This document shows positions 15,156 to 30,411 of a DNA stretch of 64,000 bases, piece after piece; the stretch's first letter is position 1, and every line of letters begins with the position of its first letter. The position numbers and the translations under genes were made by a program. This DNA comes from Trichoplax adhaerens (lineage: Eukaryota; Animalia; Placozoa): contig NW_002060949.1 of assembly GCF_000150275.1 (NCBI RefSeq), positions 865,836-929,835 of the forward strand. The letters run 5' to 3'. Below the pieces are notes generated by a model. That model ran no database searches and was not told the DNA's origin. It worked only from the letters and a program-made list of their open reading frames with translations.

Positions 15156-18100
15156 TCACTGTAAGTGATGCAATTCAGTTCCATGCCAAGAACCTTTTCG
15201 ATCCAATTGTCTTCTCAATCTAGCGGGTAATGACGATTTTGGCAATTTATCGTCACTCGGAGTATTTAATTCAGGAACAGTATTATTATTCTCATCACCA
15301 GTATCACTGAGACGCTTTTCTAGCGGAATTTTCTTTTGTCCTCGCTTACTTTTTTTATCTTTCAATTCTGGAGGAGACAGCGCTCGTCGAAGAAGAGGAG
15401 AGCTGCCTGATGAGCTACCTTCCGTATGTAATAGCTTAGGCTTTGGCCATAGCATAGATAAGAATGACTTGCTTGTAGATGGAGCTGTTGGAGACTCATA
15501 ACTATGTTCAACATGAGCATCTGATCTAACAAGTGGTGATATGGGTGAGGTTGAATTCGATTTACGACGTCTGAGTCTAGGCATTAAGCCTTGAAAGGTA
15601 TGAGGGCGCAAGTGAGGGGATTGATTTGGTGAGGGTGATTGTGAATTAATTGGTGAAGAGGTTTCTGGAGGAGATGACTGCATCTGTGGAGCTTTGTGTT
15701 TCTCGCGTCTACCTCGTACTTTTTTAAACAAACTTGATTTTCTAAGGGAGCCTCTCCTCCAAAAACTGTTAGACTTCTTACTTTTAGCCGCGGTATCCTT
15801 GCTTTTAACAAATTGTAAAAATGATAATGGCCGTCTTCGATCACACTTATTTATGCATGTCTTTTCCAACTGAGTTACATTAATTGAAATGCATTTTCCA
15901 CCTTTACCAATTAAAGCTACTACTTGCGGATGTATTAGGCCTTGAATCGGCTACAGTAGTCATAAAAAAACACTTAGATTTAGATCCTTAAATAACATGA
16001 CAGAAATCATATCCTTAGCATATTCTTTACCTCGCCATTGACATGCGTAATAAGATCACCCTCTTTAAGCCCAGCTTGACTTGCTGTGCTTTTTTCATCC
16101 ACAGACTAGCAAAGAACATTATGTAATTTCATCAATTAGAGTTACAGCCATTTTTAGTAAAATTCACTCATGCATTGAACATTTTACGAAAACTTACATT
16201 TACAAGATGTTGAACGGTATACATATTTGTGTCTCCAATGTATACGCGTATTGATCTAATTGTAAATCCGAATCCGCGTGGCCCTTTGTAAAGTACAATC
16301 GGCGGAAGCGAACTAGTCGGGCTAGTGCAAGGACTACCGCGTGAACTAAGTGGGCTCGTTGGTGAATCGGTAATAAAACCTGTAATGAAAATTGTTTCAG
16401 ATAACACCATCAATTATCACAATTCTAGTAAGTCATCTATTAACCTCTGCTTTCAGTAAAAGGGTCTTCCTCACAATAATCACTTTCATTTTCAACATAG
16501 ATTTCAGGATTTTTGGGTACTTCCAGATTTTTACGTAGCTTTCTAACACTAGATTCCGATATATTAAGTTTTATTGGCTGATTGTTCTCGTTTTCAGGAG
16601 TTTCACTTAACAATAAACTAAGAAAAATAGTCAATTTTTAGTGTTATTGTAATTAATGACGAACTACAATGAAAAGCTGTATTACGATTACTGTCTACAG
16701 AGTAAGTAAAGCCTATATAAGTGTACCATAATAATACCTGATATTTTTTGGTTCTTTATCAGTATCATCATTTTTATCTTCTGGAATCTCCGATATTTCA
16801 GGTGATAAGAGAGGGCTTGTCGATCCATCATTGCTACCAGTAAGCGAATGATGCCTAGAAGTAGGATTCGAATTTTCCAAAGCATGATAGCGTCTCGAAC
16901 AGCTAGAAAAGTTGACGAATGATAAATCACTTGTATCAGAGTCATAATTTTCATCAGATTCTTCATCGCTGTGAGTACGGCAGTAACGATCAGTTCGTGC
17001 TAGAGATGATAAAAAAATTTATGATAAACATTGTAAATCGTTGCATTTACTTGACATAATATTATAAGCTGCACTAAGTATTCAAACAAGGAAAAAACAT
17101 AAGTTGAATATTAATAGGACTTACGATCAAAGTAGCTAGTATCTTCTTCGTTATCTAGCTCTGGAACAAATTCTACTTTCTGGCGTAGTAATGATGCCCA
17201 GTCAATATCTTGAAATAGCTCGTGTTCTTTGACCTCAGTAGAGTCTTGAAACAAATAAAAAGAATTTTTAAAGACACTTTCAAATAGATCAAATACAAAG
17301 CAATACCTAGATTCATTTAGTTACTATAAAAATTTTTTATAATTTTACCTGTGGTAGTACCAAGACGCGTAGCAGGATCTTGTTGCAATAATCTTGTAAT
17401 TAAATCTTTAGCATCTTCAGGGACAGCATCTTCTTCTTCGGGCCATTCAATTTCATCTCCTATTATATGTTTATATGTAATATTTTATTCGTTTTGGTAT
17501 GTTGTTTTCATAGCGGTTAAATATATCTTAATATACCATTCGAAACTTGCTCGAATAATTCTTCGACTGATTCACCATAGAAAGGTGGACATCCAACTAA
17601 AAATTCATACAGTATAATGCCCATTGACCACCAATCTGTCGGTTTACCTATGTAATATAAGATACCACTTTAGATATCATATTTGAAAATTTTTAAAACA
17701 GTTTCCATTACGATTTTAATAAAACTGTTACCGTATCCTTGGCGTAGAATTACTTCTGGTGCAATATACTCCGGTGTACCATAAATTTGTTTATCTTGAA
17801 ATATTTGGGTATCTTGCTCGATAGCGTATTCATATGCCGACGTCGTAACTAACGAGAAAAGTGATAGAAAGAAATGGAATTTAAATCATTTATGCCTTAC
17901 CATTAAAAATTTAGAATCCGCGAATAATGATTCATAATTAAGTATGATATGAGATAGATTACAAATTTCTCAACGTTTACATACGATTCATCAGGCCAAC
18001 TTTAGATAATCCAAAATCGGTCAATTTGATATGCCCCAATGACGTAATCAATAGGCTATAAGAGTATTATAGAAAAGGGTAAAATCTGTTAGCGGCTAGT

Positions 18101-21100
18101 AATGCTTTATTGTTCTTTTTTTTGTAGTAGCTAAAATAAATAATTTGATAAAGCGTGCTAAAGTCCGCTACATGTTATTTCTTTAAAAAATAAATAGTTT
18201 TTAATTATCCTACTCGTATATATATTTATAAATAATAAAATGAACTTACTTTTCAGGCTTTAAATCTCTATGCACAATTCCGTAGCTATGGATATACTCG
18301 ATACCCAAAATCGTTTCAGCAAAGTACATTCTAAAGGTTTTCATTTGAGTTAACAGAAACGGTTATTGATTAATAGTAACTGTAAAGAAGTAAAATAGCT
18401 AATAATATGGGTATTCCATACATAATAAGAAAGAGTTATACATATCTATAAGATATTTAAAAATATGGGCTAACTTTGCCATTTCAAGGGGAAGTGGTCC
18501 AATATGTTTGAGTAGTGTGGCACAATCACCGCCTTCACAATATTCCATTACCATGCATAAGTGTTTCTGTTATATAAAAATCCATATTACATGAATATAC
18601 TACCAACAATTATTGTGCCTCTGATGTATCATTGTTATTAATATTTTAAATATAAAACTGTCAACTTTAAAAGTGGGTATTTTGATAGAATACTTACTCT
18701 CGTTTGAAAGCTACACCACATACTAACAATAAAAGGGTTGTCCACAAAAGTTAGAATGTCTCGTTCATTAAAAACTTGTTTAACCTTAAAAATAATGGAA
18801 TTATGTCAAAAGGTTCTTTACATAACAAGTGAAAGGATTTAGTATTTAGATAAATGAGTATCATTTAATTAGATCAATAAATTGAACATAAACGATGCTG
18901 GTACCTGATTCCGTAGTAACATGCCTTGTTTACTTATTTTCTTCATCGCAAAACGTTGACCAGTATTTCGATGTCGTACCAGAAATACCGATCTACATAT
19001 AAAATTAATAAACCAATATAGAGAAAATAGTTTTCAGAAAACGGACTAGAAAGACAACTACAATGTATTGCAATACCGTAATAATAAGGTAATGATTCTA
19101 ACAGTAAATTGATACGTACCCATACGCTCCTCTACTAATTAGCTTAATCGGCTTAAAATCGTGTTCACTAGGGGCTTCATCTTTAAAAGGATTGTAGATC
19201 TCTCTCTGATAAAAGAAGTTGATATTGAAGCTATTAATTATAATAAAAGTGCAATAACATTATGAGCAAATATTTAATGAGCTGTTTTAATTACCTGTTT
19301 AGATTCTAAATTTTCAGCTACTAAATAACATAAAAAATAAACGCCTTAATATGATTTGCATTTACATACTATTTTAATTAGCATTTTTTGATAAAACGAT
19401 TATCGTAGCACTGCTAATAAGGTACCTCCATCGATTGTTGTCAAGCCAAGTTGGCTGATAACGTAACGAGGCACATCACTTTTAAGACTAGTTATTAAAT
19501 CTTTTTCTCGATTAGCGTCGATTGAATCATAAAACTCATTTTCGTCGAATTCCTGTAATGTAGTTTAAAGCGAAAAGTTGCTTTTAGAATTGCAAATTTT
19601 GCGCATCCATACGGTAAATACATATACTAGTACTTCATAATAATAGTAAATTATTTTAACAATACCAAGCACTCTAGTAGTCTAGCCGGTCTTGATACAA
19701 TTACTAATAGTTTTCGAATCATGTCAGTGACAGGTGTAACATCGCGATCAGTTTTACTATGCGCCTACGATAAGAGGATAGAATCAAGCAACCGATATTA
19801 ATTCTACATATTAATTGGTTATTATTACATTGTATATTACTCCATATTATCGACTAGGAAGTTTTAGATCGTATGTATGTAAATAGTACATCATTCATAC
19901 ACTGTTACCTCTTCCAATAATTTTGCCAATTTTTCAGATAATTCGAGAAAGTAGTCATGATTGACAGTACCTTCTCGGGAGGTTTTTAGCAATTCGCGTA
20001 TTAATTCGACAAGCTATATAAGCGTAATAATAAAAAATACAATATTAAATTTGAAATTATGACGGCCAGCATGACTTACTATGCAGTTGATAGTTATATC
20101 AAATGTGTAACAGTTACCAATCTTAATATTCTTGTAATTAATAAATCTTTAATGTAAGATACAATATAATCAGTCCGATCATCTAAATTACCTGATGATA
20201 TAAAAAGTTTAGTATACCGTCAGCGAGGTTATCATCTTCAGGCATTTCTTTCAGTATGATCTGTAATGAACAATAATGATAGAGTTATAAGCAAAAATTT
20301 GAAGGGATCAGTTAATTGTTAATAGATAAAATCTCTGTTTCAATTATATCTAACATAAGACAATTTCTATGATATAACTACTTTAGATGGCAACAGAAGT
20401 TAAGAATGCTATTATGTTTCTGATCCAGTACATTTAAAAACATCATAGCATGATAAATTCTTGCGACTGACCTTTAATTTTTCTTCCATTTGTTCTTTTG
20501 CCTAAAATATGAATATCATGAAGACAAATTGTCTTAAGTACTATAATACTTTGATCTAAATAGGCACATATTCAAATTCAATTATTCAACTAACTTTAGG
20601 AAATCTCTCTTTATATACTTCCATAAGTATTCTTTTATCATCTATTCTACTTCTGAAAGGGCTAGAAGATAAAAATTTGAATAATATTAATAATTGTTAA
20701 CAGAATTTGATTGATAATGCAAATCATTATCATCTAGTGCGAGAAATTCTTGGTCTAGTATAGAATCTGGAAATTAATTCTCTACATTAAATTGTAACAA
20801 TATTTCCATTACCTTAAACTTCTCGAACGATGTCTGGTAGCAGGATATTCTTCTTCACTATCCCAACTATTTACAACAAATTTTAATTAGTAAGACTCAT
20901 ATCAACTAACCTATATACTAAGGAATTTGTATCAGTTTTCAAAGCTATGATATATAACATACCCAAATTGACTGCTTAAGAAAGCCAAGTCAAATGATGT
21001 TGGTTGTGACGGTAACTAAAGCAGAAATCATTTCATTATATTATACGATGTCTGTTAACATTCAGAATCTTAGCGAAAAATATCATCAACAACAAAGCAG

Positions 21101-24100
21101 ATATTATATACTTATACATTAATAGCTCTGGCTTATTCCTTAATTGGTATACGCTTAACATACCTGATGTAGCTTGTTCTGTACTGGCTATAATTAGCAA
21201 CAAAAAATATTAAAGGTGGTCAGCTCTTAGATAAACGATTAACAGATGTTGATTTAATTTTGATGGCAAGCTACAGATTATAGCATACCGAATGAACAGG
21301 CGATCGAGCAGCATTGCTGCTATAACCGGAAGAAAATGAAGCTAAAGACCAACGACGGGATGTCCTAAGATACATTATGACGTACTTTTACATTTAGCAA
21401 TTAAAAGCTTCCGTCTTCAAAAACAAGAATAATAAGCTATTTTTACTACAATACTAACCATGACTCAGATAGTGGGCATTGGCCAGGCGTATTTCGAGGT
21501 GAAGATCGCGGACTGCTAATTGGACTAAAACCTAGTAACAGAAAATGACAGAAGATGTCACCAATGGAATTTAAAAAAATGGAAAAATTTGTAAAAGTAT
21601 CCGATTACACTATAGTAAAATTTGACTACTACATGTTCTTGATGTTAACTAATCTATAATTATATTAACATATAGCAAGGAAAAAGTTTGGTTATTTATC
21701 TATGAAATTAATTATTTGTTTGATATAGCACATGATGTACATCAATGCTAATAACATACTAACCAGACGAAGGTGATATAGATCGGGATCTTGAACGGAA
21801 TTGAGCAGTTGGCACTCCAATGACATTGGCTTTAGGTACAAATCGATTTCCTCTCCTGTCATCATCATAGGCGATAATAAATAATTAACAAAATATAAAA
21901 TAAAATATATATACACTTTTTACCCATCAAAACCAACACTGGTAATGTTATCAATATTCTTAATTCAAACTGTAAAGTAAAAGTGAAGACTATTCTTTTC
22001 GAACAGTTGTAATTGAAATTTATGATGTAGAAATAGGAAAATAAATTGAATCTCTTAAAAATTCAATACTACAACGCCATTTTCGAATATCATGCAAGAA
22101 TATTAATAAACTAGCATAGATGAAAGCATATCGTACATACGCTTATTCTTGTTGATATAGATACGAGAATACTACTGTATTATCAAGTGATAGACCACTA
22201 CTGGAGTAATATCATAATATAACGTAACAGTCTAATTCTACTTATTGAATTCCATTAATACTTATATTCAGTTATGCGAGATCCTACTACTATACATGGA
22301 TATTCGTATTATATATTAAAAACAATGGCGACAATTACTTCCATATAGCAATTCTATCTATCTATATCGTTGTTAAAAATATATCATCTAATTTCTTTTA
22401 CTTCACATACCTTGTAATTGAACGATGATGATGTAGATTGCATGTAGTAGTCTATCAACCCAAACAAGTGTATAAATAGTATTAAGACTAGAAATTTTTA
22501 CAAGACGATTTAATTCGAGTTAAATTAGCACCAAGTTTTAGAGTCTACAGTTTTCAATACTATTAAACTAATAGGATTTTCTTCCTTCTGGTGTATTTAT
22601 TGGCATGATACGTACAATAATAACAGTAAAACGATCGAAATCAATAAGAAGTTGTAATAAAAAAAACTAAATGATTTGAATGAAGGGAATTCACGGGACG
22701 AAAATGATAGCATAAATTTCCAATAGGTTATTTAGTGAATGCTCTAGTCTAGTAATTACTTTAATCTATCCTAGCTAGAATTCTTTGTTGGATAAATGAT
22801 TGTAAAAAAAATGAAGGCAGGAAGAACATTAAGAGGACTTATTATTACGTTATACAGCGTCAATAAACAGTTCGATCTGGGCGATAGATGATGATTCAAC
22901 AGTAATATTTTTTTTATTTATACAGAATTGCGATGGCAGCAGATTTTGATGTAAGCTGTATAATTTCGTGAGTGTCAACGCTTAAATTTAACTAGAACGT
23001 CAAGTTGTCTTTCTTAATCGTCGATAGCGATTTTATTATTCTTATAACAGTGTTACTAAAGCAAATTCATTAGCAAATCTTGATTTTGTCAAGGTGGGAA
23101 GAAATCAAAAAGGACAAAATAGATCAATCACTGCAGGAATTAGAATGATATTGAAAAAATCATTGTTGTTGTCTACTGAAGAGAAAATGACAATATGCTG
23201 TACGAGTAGTAATTCAACAAGAAATTGACAGATAGAGAGAAAGAAAAAGAAATAGTTTATAGGAATTGTGAATTGTCGGATATCCCGGTAAAAATGAATA
23301 GAGGCTAAAACGATTAAGAATCAAAGTCTTGAACTACTGTACGTTTAATTTATGGGAGGAAAAAGGATGATTCAACACCTGCAAGATTTTTCTATCGATA
23401 ATGATCGATCTCCTGACTGAAGTTATCGTAGAGAAGAGGACTGAATATGGAGTCGTTGTCTATTCGTATGGATTACTGTGATTATTCATGACTTACCAAT
23501 AGAGCAGGAGCTGAACGACCAAGTTTAGATTTACTTAGTACTTTAAGATTAGAGTCGTCCATTCGAAAAGAAGCGCTTTTATTTTCCAGCTGTGGCATTT
23601 CACTAAATCGTCTTGTTCTTCGCATTGACATCTTTGGATGTAGCAATCCTGGAGTTCCATCACTAGTCATCAACGAATTATCTGTAGGTCCACTGTTATT
23701 ATCCGTCTAATAAGCATAAAGTTCAACAAGAAGGCAGGCAAGATCGTTTCGAGTTGAAGAGAGAGAGAAAAAAAATGATATGCAAAATCAATTGAAATAC
23801 AAGCTTGTTTTATTGCATCTACGTCTATCGTTCTACACTGTCTGTTTTTATTCAATAGTAAGAGACTATTGGAAAGTACAGTCTACCTTCTTATCCAACT
23901 TTTCCTTTGACTGATAGACTGTAGAACATTTCAATTTTTGCTATTAATGCTAGTAGAAATGTATATTGTAGGGGCCCGGTCGATAGGAAAATAAAAAGAA
24001 TGTCTTAATAGTTAAGGTATTGTATTCAATCAAGAGAGAAGAAAATAAGGTTTTGCACTCAAGAACTCATTAATTGGTAATGAACAACAGTGGAGGAAAA

Positions 24101-27100
24101 ATGCTTTTAATCATGTTTATTATCATGTGTTAACTAAACAACTCGACGCATTTACCGGTCCGATATAGACACTTTCTATCCAAGTCGCAATTAATCAGTC
24201 ATTGAGGCAGGTAAAAATTAGGAGAATAGAAATTAATATTGTAATTTTATCATCCAATTTACTAGAAAAAACAAAAAGGGAAGGAAAAAAAAAAAAGAAT
24301 TTTTTCCCTGGGATTGGATACCAATGTTCCCCCACCAATCCACTGTTGAGATTATTACGTCTAGCAACGTTGTGCTTATGATATTGATCAATAATGGAAT
24401 ATATAAACATGGTATAGAATATTCATAAATAGTTCAAATCTTTCAATGATTACTACGTCTATTACATCATGTGGATTATATTGCTGACTATTGTGTTACG
24501 AGTACAATAACGACTGGATAAGGTATATATAATGCAGACTAAAAACTGCTACCAAGACTATCCAAAAGGATGGATTACCACCATCATCAAACGCCAAGAT
24601 TAAACTGCCCCCTCCAATTTGACTGACATAATCACCCCATTACTAATCTCATTTGTTTAGTTTTTGACGATGGAAAATCGACTGAGTCTTGCTGATTCCC
24701 TACTATGTCCTACCGTCTGCTTATTCAGGATGGTCAACTTGACTATGACTACTATCCAATTCAAAGGTTACGATGATTAGATTAGGATATCGAGTGGAAA
24801 AAATCAATAGTTTGATACTCTTTATCCTGTATACTATAATTTGCGACACAAAACAAATAGAGGCTAGTAAAACACCAGTCCCTCACGATACAACTTGTCT
24901 AGGATCGAATATTAAAAAATAACAATAAATAAGTAGAAATAAAAAAAAATTTCGATCGATTATGACTAAAATAGGGATCAATGAAATGGTATAAATTGTC
25001 TTCTACCTAGATGACATTCAATTATTGAAATGGTAGGAATGCATTGGAGGGATAGGAGAAAAAAATTCAGGAAGAAGAATAAATGGCTGTCGAATTACGT
25101 TGTTGGTGGTCGTCGATATCAATCGATAATTATGAATAAAGGTCTACAAAATATTACGTCAATCAGTTATACAATTTCCAACATATTCTTTGATAAGGAA
25201 GAACAAGGAAGAATGAATCAAACTGCTTCAACAAATTGTCTCGAACTCGCCACTACTGCTCTAGAAGTGCTAAAATAATAGAAAGCAGGAAAATGGGAGG
25301 GCGAATTCTTTCAATACTTTATAAATTTATTTATTCAACTCTCTATTGATTGAAAGTGGACTCGTATACTATCGTTAGATTTCTAAAGTGTAGTCAAGAG
25401 ATAGTAACAAGGAAAAGTTCAAGAAGTTTAATCTTGTATCGGCGTTTGGACGGAAATTATTAGGTAGGGATATTTTTTTTGTCAAACCGTGATTCCAAAT
25501 GAACAGTCAATCAACATTTGAATCTCCATTTTTGAACTTGGTATGACATCTATGTCTAAAAATGAATTATTTTATTTACTTTTGTCTATTTCCTATTGTA
25601 GTTGAATAGAGCTTGCTGGAGATGAAATCATGACTAACGCAGCAGTACATGAAATAGGGAAAAAATGCGGTCGCGTCTTTTTCCTACTATGATTCAATGG
25701 GGCTTGTTGGAGATGAAATCATGACTAAAGTAGGAGTACGTAAAATATGACAAATATTTTATTTCTTTACTATTGCCATCGCTTTCATCAACTGCGTACA
25801 TGACTCACATGGCCAATTCTCAGCATGGTATTTCTCGACAGGGTAGCCTGGAATAAATTGACATCATTTCCCACTGAAAAGATGATTAATACTTCTGAAG
25901 GCGAAATACTGTAGTGCCAGTAAGGAGGACTTATCGCTTCTTACGTCTTACTTGAGAAAATGACGATAACTCAAATCCAAATTAATCATACTTGTATACC
26001 ACATTAGACTGTTCAAATGATCAGCTGGATAGTGCTATATATATGTCGATAAAAATCTCTGATAGGTCCTATAATTTAAGCCAATTTTCACTGTGTAAAG
26101 ACAATCAGTTGGATCAATACAATATTACTCTATGTAATCACGGTGAAATTGGATGAGCTATTGCTATTATTAATGATCGAAGACCGGATATTTCCATTTA
26201 CTATACAATCTCTGACAAAGACTATGAAATAGGATACAGTAGGTTATCATTTTATCATCTAATTTGTTACTTTTTCCCTTATCTCCTTTCCCAATATATT
26301 TTTAACTCCGATTGAGAACAAAAATACATGATGATATCATGATGAGATATCCGTGTATGATGGATTTTTTTTCCATTCTACGCCATATTGGACTAATAAC
26401 AACAGCGTGATGTCATTTATTTACTTACTGATATATGAGTGCATGTTGAGATATCGCTTTCTTAGGTTATTGGACAGAAGGAGTATTCTCCAAGGTAAAA
26501 CTGTTTAAAGTACAGTATAAATCAGCAGGGTTCAGGGTACAGTCGAGGTACTTTGACTTAATCGGGCTATTCCGAGAATTCTCCTTTTTATTGTTTATAT
26601 TAGTACCAACTGTGGAGATTTTCTCCTAGTCTGTGAGGTAAAATGTCAACGTCAAATCAATGTCCTGTTGAGCCAGAAGTAGATTCGTACAATAAAATAT
26701 ACCGTATCAAGAAGAAATATAATTATTTTGTATGCACAGCGAGAGCAATCATGACGATAAATCTCGTGGTGGCGGAAAAAATAATATTACACCATTACAT
26801 TATCGTCATGGATAACCACACGATATCCAAGAATTACGTATTATATCATATTGAGTCTGCAGCTAAAGATTCTTGACAACTATTTGGCCGCCAGACAAAC
26901 CTGATACTTTTTCAGTTTCAAGATCAATGACCGAATATCATATGCTACCACTATATAGATCGAATTGGATAGTTGAACAAATCATTTCTTGAATCGATTC
27001 TAAGTTACTTTGAATTTACGTGATGATCAATCATAGTAGTATGTCATATCCGATTTTTTTATTCTATTTTACCTTAGCATTTTATTATACCCATAGATGC

Positions 27101-30100
27101 TCAATCTACTTTTTTCACTTCACCTTTCATGCTAATGAAAGCAGTTAACGAATAAATTAGCAGTAGAATTTTCCTTTAAATCATCCGTGATGGATGATAT
27201 AAGTAAAATGTTAAGTTACAGTCTTTCAAAAAAGAAGTTTTCCTTTCGCTATACAGTAAACTAGGCAGGGTAATAGGTAGAGCTATCAAAATACGAATAA
27301 ACCTTCAACTAGGTATAGTCAAGACGCGCATTGATCGAAAATTTACTATATCAATAGTCTTATTGGCAATGGGTGATCAATTGGAAATCGTGTTATCGCT
27401 AAGCATTGCCAATTAATGCTATCTTTATATATCAGTCAGGGATAGAATAGCGTTATGAATTTTCTCCTATTTAAATATTGCCTATACAACATTGGTAACT
27501 GTTTTTGTATTTTCAAGTTGTTAAAAATTGAACACAGTAGCTTTCTTCTCACAGATTAATATCACCAAACAATGAAAATTTTGACTACCATCACCATGTA
27601 AACAGTAGATTTAGATGCAAGTTTTACAATACCAAGATATTGAAACTGGTCAATAACTCATTGTTAAACTTAGATCAATCATGATTATTATTTTAATATA
27701 CTGTAATAATAGCAAATTGGAAAAGAAGATCTTTTTGTCCAAATGAATTCTTTGCAAAAGATAATAAAAATCTCAACTTATACATCCTTTACTTGATTAA
27801 TGGGTTGATGTTGAAAAAGATTCTTCTATGATCTGCTACTATTATCCGTCAACAAGTCGTACTGTTTTCTTAACGTAATAGTGAAGGATAAAACGTGAAT
27901 ATTCCTACAGTATCATGTGGAAAAGATATCTAAATGCTATTAAGTTAATATTATTCATCCTATATCTATCTGTTCGTATGGTCCATACACGCTATTTTGA
28001 GATCTGTCCGTCTAAATATATTATTAATAAGTAACAAGTTTATAACGTAAATAACACCAACCAGTCAACCACCCCGATAGTAATTATTAATAACAACGTC
28101 ATTAATTCATAGTAATTTAGAATATATACAACTGTTTACTGATGATGCCTTATGCATTGCATAGTTGAAACTTATATCATTAAATTTTCTACGAAACATT
28201 ATATGTAACGATAAAATGTTTCATTGCATTGTGCAATGTTGATATTGCTAAGTTCTTTAACCGATTAAAAGTTGTGGCCTTAAAAGTGACATACTCGTAA
28301 ATATTTACCATACCGTATACATGGCACAGTACATACATTATGAATAGTAGTACAGGGCCAATAATGTTCTTTTCAAGTATCTTGAAATAGTGATTTTTAC
28401 ATTGATTGCTAGTAAATCTACAAGTTTTGATATTATAAATTATATTTTATTCGTCTTTAACTACTCGTTTAATCTACTATGCAGTAGCATACCAGCCACT
28501 CTCTTACTTTGACTTAAAGAGTTAGTCTACACTATGAAGTCAACGAGTACCATAAAGTAGTAATTTGCTCTATATGCTGAAGGTGTATTTAGATAACTTG
28601 ATCAAAACAACTAGCAATTACTATCAATACAGTAGCATGGGAGAGATATAAAAATTGCAGGATTTGTTTACTACAAACAGTCTAAGAAATAGTACGATAT
28701 ACTGTACAGTACTCCTTTAAATCATGACCAAATTAGAATAGGAAATGCCAATATGTATGATCGCGGTTAAGATGAAACTCATTCTCAGTACATGATTTTA
28801 AGACTCTGCTTTTAGTAATCATGATAAACTACTGTTGAGACATTGATATGCAGATAATCCAACCTTACCATTTTCTCATTTTAGGCCATTCAATTAGCAT
28901 GTGTAGTTCGATTTAATAAACAATGACTAATTAATATCAGCTTTCATTATATATAGCACATAAAGCCATGATTTAAAAAAATAAAATTGTCTATGTCTAC
29001 TACCAGCCAACTGTAGTAATGGCAAATACTATTTTTACGTCTATTGTGCTGTCCGAAATGACGTGTACATATTAATATTACGGAAAAAGCAACAATTACA
29101 TGTAAAGAAATTTTTAAGTAGTAAGGTATAACATGGAGAATAAATGTAGGTTAATACTGATATACTATCTATGCATTTTATTCTCTTTGATAGTAAAAAT
29201 GAGAGACTGTATAAAAAGTATACATTTTAAAACAGCTTAGAAAACTGTAAATGTCATAAAGGCTCAATTGACAAGGATTTGGCTAGAGAATATCAACTGG
29301 AGTATATTGTGATAGTATAGTACACTACACCAGTTGTAGGAGATAGCTAAATTCTGCTTTCTTATGATCAGAGAATGCAGAGTATGTTATAAAAAATACA
29401 ATATAGAGAACATGTTTCAAGGCATATCATCAAGGACTTTGTCGCCTCTTTTAGAACAGCGAAATAGAATAATCACAGTTGGTTCAATCTAGCGAACTTT
29501 TGGCATCTTATGAGTAATCAAGTTTCCAGTTACAGATTTTAACATTTTTGGACCGTCAACATATAACCGAACAGTGTTGTAAGGTGTAGTACTAATAAAT
29601 TACACTAGGATTATTTACGAATGAATATTACCCAAAATCATACCGCAAGACTGCACACCATATCTGCTATGAGTAAAATTTCAATAAAGGTCTGTATCCT
29701 ACTGTTTGGATTAAGATTTGAAAAGATATGGATATACTACAACTGCATTATAGTATGAACGGTTAATTTAATTGGCATAATTTTTAGCATATGTGGATTG
29801 AATTGTGATTACGTATTAAAATATCTCGATGTAAAATCATTATACAGTTGCAATCAAGATTTTCTAAAGAAAGCAATTTCTCAGGGTTTTCCTAAATATC
29901 AGTGCGTATATCTATATATATGTCAGTTATACGATGGCTGAAGAATGATATATGGGTATATTTCAATAGGAGGAGAAGGATAAAGGAAGAGAATAAAGGA
30001 TAGGCTCTTAATAACATTAACATCACATTGGTCGCTTCTTTAGGCAATGTAATTTGGTATACTTGTGTTATCCATAAGTTATTTACTTTTTCTACTATAC

Positions 30101-30411
30101 TACATACCATTTTATGCTTTGCAGAGATTAATAGAAAAATTTGATTACAATTTATAGCTTTACTATATCATCATTACCGTATCGTTGTTTTCATTTTGTT
30201 CATAACGCACTCTCAAGATTGCCATCATCAATGTTTGCTGCTCATTAGGATCCTGACTTATACGTTCCACATTTTTAGCCGTCAATTGACCAAACTGTGA
30301 CATGGTCATATTAGCAGGGAAGTACCTGCGTAAATTTTCAAGTCCAAAGTGATTTAATACGCTGTGAACATCTTTGACGTTCTGTAAAAAATCGTCGCTT
30401 TCACTCGCCAT
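15156..30411 (-). CDS. MAST: Microtubule-associated Ser/Thr kinase (MAST family): DUF1908, AGC kinase and PDZ domains; ~31 exons, ~1276 aa
   Basis: Phase-consistent exons, 5' to 3': 30178-30411 (SAM-like, linkage inferred), 23497-23706, 22411-22451, 21764-21855, 21459-21531, 21289-21364, 21164-21187, 20963-21015, 20813-20866, 20595-20661, 20472-20501, 20192-20260, 19909-20013, 19666-19764, 19426-19552, 19295-19320, 19120-19205, 18905-18992, 18698-18784, 18475-18566, 18250-18330, 17985-18055, 17732-17848, 17537-17647, 17349-17459, 17125-17244, 16738-16999, 16445-16617, 16198-16379, 16031-16105, 15156-15950. Motifs: [81 protein letters not shown], and [15 protein letters not shown]. Confidence 0.92.
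25589..25757. repeat. Degenerate two-copy tandem repeat, 91-bp period, in a MAST intron
   Basis: GCTTG(C/T)TGGAGATGAAATCATGACTAA at 25611 and 25702, with weaker similarity on both sides. Confidence 0.8.

Noticed and set aside
12311-17617. ORFs 12311-12610(-), 15584-15844(-), 16688-16966(-) and 17351-17617(+)
   Set aside because: Antisense or alternate-frame shadows of SLC7 and MAST exons.
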